This document shows, piece by piece, positions 1 to 9,617 of a stretch of 64,000 nt of DNA (its first letter is position 1; each line of letters begins with the position of its first letter). Location: the NCBI GenBank assembly GCA_001643675.2, contig LSRY02000013.1, forward strand, positions 806,001-870,000. The letters run 5' to 3'. The position numbers and the translations under genes were made by a program. The DNA comes from Monocercomonoides exilis PA203 (lineage: Eukaryota; Protista; Preaxostyla). Under the pieces are notes generated by a model, which was given only the letters and a program-made list of their open reading frames with translations, was not told the DNA's origin and did no database searches.

Positions 1-878
1 TATGATCATTTCAATCTGCATCGGAAATACAATTCCCTCTGCCACATCCACCACAAGAATCACTCCATCACTCACTCTAATGGCAGCTGTTGCCTCGTCA
101 TAAAAGTTTGTGTGGCCAGGAGTATCCATTATGTGAAGAAGATATGACTTCATTTGCCCATTTTGGACAACTAAAGAAAGGGGACAACTTTTAACAGAAA
201 CTTTTCGTTCATGTTCATCTTTTCGCACTGCAGTGAATTGGGGCTGTTCCAGATAATTAGAATAGTTTAATATTTATTTATGTTATGATTATTGTTTTAA
301 GATAAAGAACAGATGAGATAATAAGTGCAAGACTAATATCAAATAAACCTTCATTTGCTCTACGTGCGTAACTTTTATAAAAAGATCCATCAACGAAGTT
401 TTTCCTGAGTGAAGTGGTCCAACAACGCAAACATTTCTAATCATTTCAGGCATTGTCGATAATTCCGCAAGAAATCTCATGCTAAATCTCGTTTCAGGAT
501 ATTTGCTAGTATCTGTAATGACTAAATCAAAACGTTTAGTATCAACAGGTTTAACAATAGGCTCTTCAATTGGTTGTGCATCTTCATCTTGCACAAGAAC
601 TTCTGCGCCGGGGTAAAGTGACTCTGCAGTTGGAAAGCGAGATTTCTCAACAATTGCTATATAATGTCATCGAGATTTTAAAATGGCAATTTTTATATTG
701 AGACAAAAAATATTTAAATTAATAAACCAGTTTCATGTGAAATGGTCTCTTCTTCAACACTCAATTTATCTTCTTGCTCGCTTGGCTCTTGTTCAGATTC
801 GCTCATAATTTCTTCACTGTCGCTAAAATCATCGCCTCCAGCGAGTAAATTGCCAAATTCATCAAACGTGGCGTCCAT
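1..878 (-). CDS. EFTUD2: U5 snRNP 116 kDa GTPase (Snu114/EFTUD2), 5' part; runs off the left window edge
   Basis: ATG at 878 gives MDATFDEFGN plus an acidic N-terminus. Removing GT-AG introns 657-727 and 244-348 gives VQDEDAQPIEEPIVKP, G1 GPLHSGKTS, DEHERKVSVKS and G3 MDTPGHTNFYDE..AAIRVSDG, all typical of Snu114. Confidence 0.93.
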
Positions 879-1062
879 TTCACTTATTAAGGTCAGAACT
901 TGATCTTTCAAAAGAAACTTTCATTTTTCAGGCAAGTCACAATTTTATTTTATGATATTTAACAAATAAATGCGTTTTGAAATAAAGAAAAAAAGTTTGA
1001 TCGCACACATATTAAATAATTATCACAATTTATCAAGCTGATTTCAAGCTTTATTTGATTAA
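879..1062. promoter_or_regulatory. Short divergent intergenic region (putative bidirectional promoter)
   Basis: Only 184 bp of AT-rich DNA separate the head-to-head ATGs at 878(-) and 1063(+). Confidence 0.5.
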
Positions 1063-4000
1063 ATGACCAATGCATTACAGCGTAATCGCCCAATAGATTT
1101 GAGGCGCATTCACACAATCATTGACTTTAATCAAGATGAGGTTGACAACGAAATAAATATGATGAATATGATGTCGTTCCTTGATCGTCAGCCTTTTTAT
1201 TCTATGATGTCTGACAGGGTGAATAATGTATTATTTATTGGAGGGCTTTATGATTTCTTTCAGGTTGACTCCTGCTTCTTGAATGGAGGCTTTACAACAT
1301 GCCCAAACTTTCGCTTTTCAACTCCTCAACATGCTCTTTCTATATTGGAACGAGGTGACAGATATGATGTCATTATTAGTATGCATGCAACGAATGATGA
1401 AACAACATGGGATTTTGTTCGAAAAATGAAAAGTCGCCATCCAACAGGAACGATCTATCCAATTGTGTTTGAAGTTGACCAGCACTATCCAGTCTATGAC
1501 GATGACCTTCGCGTTCGTATTTTTATGTGGAATGGAAATCCTATGCTTTATCTAGCTTTAATTAAATTGGTTGAAGATAGAAAGAACATGAAGTGCGACG
1601 TTATGGACGGTGCATGTGGTATTATTTTGTATGTGGAAGACACATGCGCCTATTACTCTGAATATCTTCCCATGATTTATGGAGAAATCTTTCAGAGGAC
1701 CATGTCATTTACAGGTCGATCTGCAAAGCATGCAATCACAAGGAAGCGATCTCGACCAAAAATAGCGTTTTGCTCAAGCTTCGAAGAGGCAGTAAGGGTG
1801 ATCCAGAAATTTGATATGAAAGTTCAGGGAGTTATCTCAGACATTGAGTATCCACTGACAAACAGAAACGATGGGCCTACAAACAACTATCTAACTTACC
1901 TTCTTGACAACGGTTTCTACACAAAAGAGCAAGTGGAGAAATCAGCAGGCATAATTTTGCGTGACTTAACACCCAGAACGAAGTATTTGAGATGTGAGCC
2001 AATGCCCCGTATTCCATACCTGTTTATCTCCTCCACCATCTCCAAGCAGTCTGAGGCCAAGAAATACCCCAACTGCCTGTTCGCCCCGAAAGATTCAACA
2101 GAAGTGCAGACAGCTGTACGCCGCTTCCTCGACACATTCATCGGACTCTCCCCTGTCTTCTATGCGCTCGACCCAACTACTTGCACCCCTGTCCCTGGTC
2201 TGCGTGGAGCACACGACCACAACGAGCTGATGACGCTGGTTGCACAGATGCCGTCGGAGAGCCTGCTGTACCACGCGCAGTGCGAGAACTTCAGCCAGTG
2301 GCTGTTTGCCCAGGGCGATTTTGGAGTGTCGATGTTTCTGCAGCGGCTGCGCGTGTCACAGATGAAAGGTGACCCGGATCGACTGAGGGGAATTCTGCTG
2401 AAAGCCCTCAAAAAGTACTCGACAGCACACACCCGCGGGATCTCCATTGACTTTGATGCGCATCTGCTGAAAGAGCGGCACTTCTTCATGACAGTCGGCT
2501 CAGGAAGCGTCGGCGGCAAAGCACACGGGCTGCTGTTTCTGGACTCGCTCATCTCAGACATCGACATCGCCCTCGACAAAGACCCGCTCTGCAGCTCCTC
2601 TTCGCTGATTGTCGGGGTGCCCCGCACGCTCATCCTCACTTCCACGCTCTACTCTGCGTTCTTCGAGATCCACAACCTGAACCACCTCCGCTCGCACAAC
2701 CTGGACCACCGTGTAGTCCACGACTCCTACATCGCCTCTCTCTTTGTGCAGTGCCCTCTGCCTGCTGATGTGCTCAACCTGCTAAGCGTCTTCCTAGATG
2801 CCGTACGTGTTCCCTTGGCTGTGCGTGCCTCTTCTCTTTTGGAAGACTCCCGCAGGCAGCCAGTGGTGGGCGTGTATGCCTCGTATTTCCTGGCAAATAA
2901 CCACCCGTCCTTGCAGGTGCGCCTCCAGCAGCTGTCCATTGCCATCCGGCTGATCTACGCCTCGTCCGTCTGCCACCGCGCCAGGAACCTCAGAAAGAGT
3001 CTGAACGTGCCATCATCTGCGGAAGGGGTCGCTGTGATGATTCAGGAGATTCCCGGTGCTGTACACTCACAGGGCTCTTCTTTATTCTACCCGCACGCCA
3101 CGTTCATTGCAAAGTCCAGGAATTACTACCCTGCACGCACTGCTAACCCGTCCGCAGCGCAGAATCAGCCTTCTCTTTCATCATCTTCTTCTACTTCGTC
3201 ATTGAATGCCAATAATAACAATAACAATAATAACAGTTCACAGTCTGGTTCTACCAGCAGCAACACCCCATCTGTCTTCGATGGCGATGCCCTCGCCACC
3301 ATCGGCTTCGGCGCCTCTATTCGCGACCCCCAAAAGCAGAACTCGTCTTCCTCCAAACTGAAGAAATTCCGCTTCTGCCCAGCGCACCCTGAGATCAGCT
3401 ACTGCCTGCAGCCCGAGGACTACCCGAAGACGACGCAGCAGTCGTTCATTGCGATGGACTTGGATGCAGACCAGAGCATATCTGAGAGGAGGCTGCTGAG
3501 TGTGCAGAAGTGGCAGGTGCACAGGGCAGAGGTGCTGCTCGACAGAAGCTCAGCTTTGTCGTCAGGAACAGACAGCCCTTCGATTCATAGAAAATCGGTG
3601 GAGATGCCACAAACACCAGGTGAAATGGCAGAGAATGAGAGACACTCAGCTCAATCTCAGTTGCAATTGCAGCAACAGCAACTGAGGCAAAGCTCTCCTT
3701 CTCCAATTTTCATGGCCTCCCCTTCCATTTCGCAGTATCCCACCCCCACTCTCTCCTCTGCCTTGCTTGCCCGCGGTACAGCAACCTTCACTCCGCCTTC
3801 CTCTGTCTTCTCTGCCTCTCCCTTTGGCCAGCCTCAGCTCGCTCAGTTCACTCCTGGCTCTTATTCTCCTTCTTCTTATGTGTCACCTTACCACTCTGCC
3901 ATCGCAGACACCACAAGACTCGCACAGCCCAGCGCCTCCCAGCCATTCGCTGGCTACGTCCCTCCATCTTCCTCCTCTCCTTCCCCTTCTCCTTTCTCTT

Positions 4001-7000
4001 GCTTCTACTCTCCTTCCTCATACACATCCCAAATCTCTGGCTTAGTGCCCTTCCATCGCCTGCCCACACAAAACCCGGCTGCTCAGGTTGGCTCTATCAG
4101 CCCGCTGTACACCAGCCATTTGGCTCCTTCTGATGCTCTCCAGACACAAATGGCTCAACTGTCGCTGTCTTCTCCTTCTCCTTCTCCTCAGCCACTTTGC
4201 TCAAATACGTCTGCTTTCATTAGACTCAATAATGGAAATAACAACAACAATAATAATAATAATAATAGCAATAATATTTCCAATGTCCAATCTCCAACTC
4301 CTCTCCAATCATCCTCTCCTCTTTCTCAACCTCCTCTCTCTGCCTCCTTCCCGGCCACATCATCTGTTTCCTCATCTGATTCATCAATGAACCCATCTCT
4401 TTGCACACAACCTCTTTCCCAGCTGCAGCCCCTCTGCACACTCAACATCAGCCAAAATGCATCTTCAGCTGCTTCAGGCACAGACTCATCCACACAATCT
4501 GCTCCTGTCAGACAGCTTCCGACGAAAGTTGAGGGACAGCAGGGCTCTTCTTCCCCTTCTTCTCCTTCTCCTGTTGCACACACACCTTCTCCTCAGATGA
4601 TGAGTGAAAATGGAAATGGAAGTGGAAATGGAGTGAACAATCATAATGACATTGTATTAAATTCAACTTCAATCAATGAAAATTCCATCGGAATGAATGA
4701 CACAGCCAAAAGTGCGACGTTTTTGGGGCTGGCAGAGTCTGCTGCTGAGAAGAAGGAGCAGATAAACACATCAGAAAAGAGTCAGAAAAATGACTCGAAT
4801 GAAATAAGTTCGAAAAAACAAGAGAATAATCAAGAAAGTTCAAAAGAAAGTGCTCAAGTGAAGAGTCGTGCTACTCCGCTTTCCATCTCTTCTTTCATGC
4901 AGGACGAGTTCAGCTCATCTTCTGAGCTGTTGAATAGCTATTTCTCTGACTTCTCTTCTTCTTCTTCTTCATTTTCTTCATCTTCTGGATGTAGTTTTTC
5001 TGCTTCTTCTTTTCTGCCCACTCCTTCTTCTTCTTCCTCCTTCTCCTCTTCTTCTTCATCTTCATCATCATCTTCTTCTTCCAACTCCTCCGGTCTCATT
5101 CCCATCCAATCATCATCCAATCAGCCAGCCGATGCTCCTCCTCTCTTCACCGTCCCTTTGCTTTCTCCGCCTTCTGACGGGTTCAGCTATTCTTCTCCTA
5201 CTCTTCCATACGACGCCTCCTCTACCACTTCTGCTTTCTGCCCAAGGCCTTCTTTCCTCTCTTCTTTCTCTTCAGCAAATGCAGAAAACAATCAATCGTC
5301 GCAATTAACTTCGTCAATTTCATCTTCATCATCATCTTCTTCTTCTTCTTCTCTTCAGCCACAACTTCCACATCACCCTTCTGCCCAAAAACCCTGCCTC
5401 CCTTCCTCTCCTTCTCCAACACCCACACCTCTTTCCTTTGCTCACGATCAACGTCCTCCTTCTTCATCATTATCTTCTTCTTCCTCCTCCTCTTGTTCTT
5501 CCACCATATCCTCCGCCTCCTCTTCCACCTCATCCACCCCCACCCTCCCCTCTCAGCAGTCTGTTGCCCTGCCAACTGCCCTCCGCCCTCTCCCTCCTCG
5601 TGCCACTCCCCTCCCATTCAACACCGCCACCCCTCCGCCTCGCCCAACCACACCCAATTTGGCTGACAGAAACCACACCTCTTTCCTCAACCCATCAACT
5701 GTGGCGTCCCCCATCCATTCACTCACCCACCCTTTCCTCTCTTCTCCTCTCAGCTCTCCTTCTCCACAGGTCACACTCAACGCCTTCCGCTCTGACCCGA
5801 CCCTTCTCCCGTGGATCAGCGACGAGATCGGCCCTCTTTCAGACCCAGACATTCCCTTCCTGCCTCCACTCTCTCCAGCACCCGATGACAACACAGACCC
5901 TCTCTTTGACCCCGTCTCCTTCGGCCTCCCGCAGTTTCTGGTGGAAGAGCCGCTGGACACTGCTGAAGACGAAGGCCTGCTCACTCAGCTGGGGTGTGAG
6001 GTGTATAACACAGAAACGCATATGGTGAAACCCTTCCACCCATCTCTCCGCAGCTCGTTTGGCGGGGCAAGCACATCTGGTGGAATGTTTTCAGGAGATT
6101 ATTCATTTGGAGATGACAGCAATTGGTGGATGGCATCGCTGCAGTCAACTTCTTCTGAGTCCTCCTCCTCTTCTTCTTCTTCAGAAGCAGCATCTGAAGG
6201 AAGTTCCAGCAATAAGGCTGATGGCAGTGATGGAGGTGATAACACCAGTGCAGGATATGCAAAGGAGCACGATGCAGATTACGAGCCATCCGAGTTTGTG
6301 AAAGAAGCAGCAAAGAGAAGAAAACAGAGGAAAGATGAAAAAGGCCGGAGAGACCCACGAGACTTGGTTGATCGAAGCAAAAACATCAGATGCGTGACAT
6401 TCAACAAGATCATTGGAAACAAAGCACAGCCAGGCAGTCAGCAAGGAAAGCAATCATCATCTTCTTCTTCAACTTCATCCTCCTCCTCCTCTTCCACTTC
6501 CATTGCGCTTGGGCGAGTGCTGATGAATGTGCTGAATGTGACAGAGAAAGCGATGGGGCGCCCAGTCAGTGTAACCTGCTCTATCAACTTGAACACCACG
6601 CCGTGGGAGCTGTGGCTGCTTGAGTTGAGGCCACTGGAGATTGATGTGTCAGGCGATGTGTCTGTCGGGCTGAGGCATCAGATGGGGCAGATTATGGAAG
6701 ACTTGTTCAACATCTCAGTAGACGAGCCAAATGCTGACTTGCTCGCTTCTTCTTCTTCTTTGGGAGGTGCATGTGCAGCGATTCAGCCATTGCAAGCGGA
6801 GAAATTACTGTCTGCCTGCAAAAAACAGCCAGTGAATCGTATTGAAAGACTTCTGGTTAATTCGAATCCACTTTTCTCTCTGTATACACACCGTGTGTTG
6901 TGTGCTGCCTCGACTGTGCTGGGAGCACCGAGTATATCCCCACCAATATTTGATCTCGTGTTCATCGACCCGTGGCGCTTCGACAAGACAGCCACGGTTG

Positions 7001-9060
7001 ATGCAGCAAGAGAGATGGCCATCGTGAACAAGATGTTTTCTTCTGCTTCTTCTTCATCTGCTGCTGCTGCTGCTTGTGCTGCTGATGGCTCTGCTCGAAA
7101 TGACTCACCATTATGTCACTCTGCTTCTTCGCAGCAGCCTTCTCCTTCCACTCCCTCAATGTCTGCTGAAGGAGACAGCAGGAGAGGGTACATTGTTGTT
7201 GGACTGGGAAGATGGGGAACCTCAACTGCATCTTTGGGCATTCCTGTGCAGTGGAGCGAGATCAACAACGCGACGTGTGTGATTGAGACAGGCATCGCCA
7301 GAAAATTCGAGATTGAGTCGTCTTCAGCCTCGCATTTCTTGCACCATCTAATTGCTTCAAAGAAAGCGTGGATGTTTGCTGACCCTGCCTGCTTACAGCC
7401 ATCAACAGTGTCTGCGTCTTCCTTGTCTGCTGCAATTGACTGCTCAGAAGGGAAGAGAGGGAGACAGGGATTTCGAGTGGGAATGGACTGGTTTGACTGG
7501 GCGTGGGTAAAGAGACAGATGGTGAAGCACACAATGTTCTATGGGAAGCATGTGGTGTGTCTCAGACTGGACAAAATGGCAAGTGCAGAGAAGCAGAAAG
7601 AGATGTGCCATGTGCTGGAGCAGAAGGAGTACAAAAGCCCAATCACGGCGTTTGAGATCGAAATGATGAACTTTCTGGGCAAGAACGGTGAAGGAGCAGA
7701 GAATTCTGATGCGAAAAATGTATCAGATAAAACTGAAACTGTAGAAGGATGTGAAAAAGAAGAGAAAGTGGAAGAGAAAGAAGAAGACGATGACCCCAGC
7801 TGCTTGAGAATCATTGTTGATCCGACAAACATGAGAGGCCGAGTGATGATCGACAGCCAGTCGATGCCATTGCCAAGTGTCAGCATCTTCACAGTCCAAA
7901 ACTCAATTCCTTTGCAATCACCTCAAAACAACATCCAAAAATTAGCTGCCAAAGAAAGCTCGACTTCGCATCTTCTGATCTCATCCAGCGATTCCTTGAC
8001 GCCTCACACGTTCACACGCCCCGCCAGAACAAGTGCGAAGACAAGGAGCTGTGCTGTTCCTAAGCCATATGCTCAATCTGCCAAGGGAGAATACGAAACC
8101 AACACACAATCACTGATCATCATCAACCCAGACGATGAATCAACATCACATGAGGGAAATGTGCCAAGTCGAAAGATGAGAGATTCCGATGAATGCAGCG
8201 TGGAGAGCATGGAAAGCCGAGAAGAAAGAGGCAGAAAAAGCAGCACACGCACAGAGTCGATGGATGACATCATTCAGACAGTAGATGATGACGATGATGA
8301 CTTGGACTCTGACACAGACACGGACATCGACGACGACCGCTCAGCTGCCCTTACTCAATCATTTGATGGCTCCTTCTCAAGCTGCCCGAACTCTCTCTTG
8401 GAAATGAAACGCAGCTCTCTCAATCGAATGGCACCTGCCCCAACAATCGATGCAGCGGCAATAACCGCTACGGCAGGCTCAGCTGACAACTTCATTGGAT
8501 CCGATAAGAGCGACACCCAGCCAGTTCCACTGCCACTGTTTTCTATGCCAAAACCAAGAGAGTCAACAAAACCACAATTGCAATCACTTTCTCTTTCGCT
8601 CAATTCTATTTCCAATAAACCTGTTCCTCTCCCTCCAAAACCGCCTTCTCTGCTCCGATTGAGTTCACCTGCTATTAAGAAATCTTCATCCAATCCATCA
8701 TGTCATTCATCAGCATCGCCTCCTGCAATCGCTGCTGGCTGCTCGAGCATTGCCTCTCCTTCTTATCAGTCTAATTCTGCACTGATTCCACCAACCTCCA
8801 ATGAATCAGCACAGTCAGTCAATCAGACCAAGCCACATGCTTCGACTTCTCCTCTACAGCTCCTATTGCCCCAGCCAGACTCAGTAACAATTGCCACCTC
8901 TGCATCTGCCTCTCAAGTGACGCCAGTTGTGGTTGTCTCGCCAGCCACTCCAACTTCTTCGTTTTCGCAGTCGTCCCTCCTCTTTTCACAGGACACAGTT
9001 CCTGACGACATCCCATCTGTGGTGTCTTCGTCGCTTGAAGTGCAGCATCATCAGATGTAA
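1063..9060 (+). CDS. Receiver-domain + PEP/pyruvate-binding (PPDK_N ATP-grasp) protein of bacterial type, with large Ser/Pro/Asn-rich insertions
   Basis: Single 2665-aa ORF. Motifs FMWNGNPMLYLALIKLVED, IILYVEDT..YSEYLP, RSRPKI, VISDIEYP, GSGSVGGKAHGL, PLAVRASSLLEDS, VMIQE, LLELRP and GYIVVGLGRWGTS..LGIPVQWSEI..SHFLHHL match the bacterial (Bacteroidota-type) receiver/PEP-synthase-like family as I recall it. Confidence 0.85.
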   Translation: MTNALQRNRPIDLRRIHTIIDFNQDEVDNEINMMNMMSFLDRQPFYSMMSDRVNNVLFIGGLYDFFQVDSCFLNGGFTTCPNFRFSTPQHALSILERGDRYDVIISMHATNDETTWDFVRKMKSRHPTGTIYPIVFEVDQHYPVYDDDLRVRIFMWNGNPMLYLALIKLVEDRKNMKCDVMDGACGIILYVEDTCAYYSEYLPMIYGEIFQRTMSFTGRSAKHAITRKRSRPKIAFCSSFEEAVRVIQKFDMKVQGVISDIEYPLTNRNDGPTNNYLTYLLDNGFYTKEQVEKSAGIILRDLTPRTKYLRCEPMPRIPYLFISSTISKQSEAKKYPNCLFAPKDSTEVQTAVRRFLDTFIGLSPVFYALDPTTCTPVPGLRGAHDHNELMTLVAQMPSESLLYHAQCENFSQWLFAQGDFGVSMFLQRLRVSQMKGDPDRLRGILLKALKKYSTAHTRGISIDFDAHLLKERHFFMTVGSGSVGGKAHGLLFLDSLISDIDIALDKDPLCSSSSLIVGVPRTLILTSTLYSAFFEIHNLNHLRSHNLDHRVVHDSYIASLFVQCPLPADVLNLLSVFLDAVRVPLAVRASSLLEDSRRQPVVGVYASYFLANNHPSLQVRLQQLSIAIRLIYASSVCHRARNLRKSLNVPSSAEGVAVMIQEIPGAVHSQGSSLFYPHATFIAKSRNYYPARTANPSAAQNQPSLSSSSSTSSLNANNNNNNNNSSQSGSTSSNTPSVFDGDALATIGFGASIRDPQKQNSSSSKLKKFRFCPAHPEISYCLQPEDYPKTTQQSFIAMDLDADQSISERRLLSVQKWQVHRAEVLLDRSSALSSGTDSPSIHRKSVEMPQTPGEMAENERHSAQSQLQLQQQQLRQSSPSPIFMASPSISQYPTPTLSSALLARGTATFTPPSSVFSASPFGQPQLAQFTPGSYSPSSYVSPYHSAIADTTRLAQPSASQPFAGYVPPSSSSPSPSPFSCFYSPSSYTSQISGLVPFHRLPTQNPAAQVGSISPLYTSHLAPSDALQTQMAQLSLSSPSPSPQPLCSNTSAFIRLNNGNNNNNNNNNNSNNISNVQSPTPLQSSSPLSQPPLSASFPATSSVSSSDSSMNPSLCTQPLSQLQPLCTLNISQNASSAASGTDSSTQSAPVRQLPTKVEGQQGSSSPSSPSPVAHTPSPQMMSENGNGSGNGVNNHNDIVLNSTSINENSIGMNDTAKSATFLGLAESAAEKKEQINTSEKSQKNDSNEISSKKQENNQESSKESAQVKSRATPLSISSFMQDEFSSSSELLNSYFSDFSSSSSSFSSSSGCSFSASSFLPTPSSSSSFSSSSSSSSSSSSSNSSGLIPIQSSSNQPADAPPLFTVPLLSPPSDGFSYSSPTLPYDASSTTSAFCPRPSFLSSFSSANAENNQSSQLTSSISSSSSSSSSSSLQPQLPHHPSAQKPCLPSSPSPTPTPLSFAHDQRPPSSSLSSSSSSSCSSTISSASSSTSSTPTLPSQQSVALPTALRPLPPRATPLPFNTATPPPRPTTPNLADRNHTSFLNPSTVASPIHSLTHPFLSSPLSSPSPQVTLNAFRSDPTLLPWISDEIGPLSDPDIPFLPPLSPAPDDNTDPLFDPVSFGLPQFLVEEPLDTAEDEGLLTQLGCEVYNTETHMVKPFHPSLRSSFGGASTSGGMFSGDYSFGDDSNWWMASLQSTSSESSSSSSSSEAASEGSSSNKADGSDGGDNTSAGYAKEHDADYEPSEFVKEAAKRRKQRKDEKGRRDPRDLVDRSKNIRCVTFNKIIGNKAQPGSQQGKQSSSSSSTSSSSSSSTSIALGRVLMNVLNVTEKAMGRPVSVTCSINLNTTPWELWLLELRPLEIDVSGDVSVGLRHQMGQIMEDLFNISVDEPNADLLASSSSLGGACAAIQPLQAEKLLSACKKQPVNRIERLLVNSNPLFSLYTHRVLCAASTVLGAPSISPPIFDLVFIDPWRFDKTATVDAAREMAIVNKMFSSASSSSAAAAACAADGSARNDSPLCHSASSQQPSPSTPSMSAEGDSRRGYIVVGLGRWGTSTASLGIPVQWSEINNATCVIETGIARKFEIESSSASHFLHHLIASKKAWMFADPACLQPSTVSASSLSAAIDCSEGKRGRQGFRVGMDWFDWAWVKRQMVKHTMFYGKHVVCLRLDKMASAEKQKEMCHVLEQKEYKSPITAFEIEMMNFLGKNGEGAENSDAKNVSDKTETVEGCEKEEKVEEKEEDDDPSCLRIIVDPTNMRGRVMIDSQSMPLPSVSIFTVQNSIPLQSPQNNIQKLAAKESSTSHLLISSSDSLTPHTFTRPARTSAKTRSCAVPKPYAQSAKGEYETNTQSLIIINPDDESTSHEGNVPSRKMRDSDECSVESMESREERGRKSSTRTESMDDIIQTVDDDDDDLDSDTDTDIDDDRSAALTQSFDGSFSSCPNSLLEMKRSSLNRMAPAPTIDAAAITATAGSADNFIGSDKSDTQPVPLPLFSMPKPRESTKPQLQSLSLSLNSISNKPVPLPPKPPSLLRLSSPAIKKSSSNPSCHSSASPPAIAAGCSSIASPSYQSNSALIPPTSNESAQSVNQTKPHASTSPLQLLLPQPDSVTIATSASASQVTPVVVVSPATPTSSFSQSSLLFSQDTVPDDIPSVVSSSLEVQHHQM

Positions 9061-9617
9061 TTGAGAACACACAGAAATGAAAGGCAATTGAAGTTATTTT
9101 TAAGCGTGATTGCACTTTATAATTCCAAAAAAAATTTTTGATTTTTATTTTTAAAGATAAAAACTGTTTTTTAACAAATTTTTCTGTGTTTATTGAAATT
9201 GCAAAAGTTGTTTTTCAATTTTCACTTTAATTTATATTTTTAATAAGCTATCTTTGTGTCTAATTATTTGACATTTACAAAGAGAGAGAAAAAATACAAA
9301 TGTAAAATTTAATCATTTAATATTTCATTTTATCACTCGTGTTTGCTCGTCTTTTCCATTGTTGTTTTAGAAACATCTGAAATTTATTCTTTTTCTTTTC
9401 TTTTCTTTTCTTTTTTTTGGTTGTGTTACTATTGATAATAACTAACATGTTAATTGAATCTTTCCCCAGAGAGGAAGATATCTGGCTTTGTATGCTAATA
9501 AACAAAACAAAAAATTTACTAAAAAAAACCTTTTCTCACAAAATTGAAAAGCATTGCACAAAATATTTTTATTTCAATTATATTTTTTATTTTTTCCATT
9601 TTTAAACTTGCTTGCAA

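Noticed and set aside
244-252. Possible non-canonical TG acceptor in the Snu114 intron
   Set aside because: A canonical in-frame AG at 245-244 explains the junction.
1063-9060. Bacterial contamination, or a canonical PPDK/PEP synthase call
   Set aside because: It is flanked by intron-containing genes and has host-like low-complexity inserts. I could not find the phospho-His swivel or C-terminal TIM-barrel motifs of canonical enzymes.
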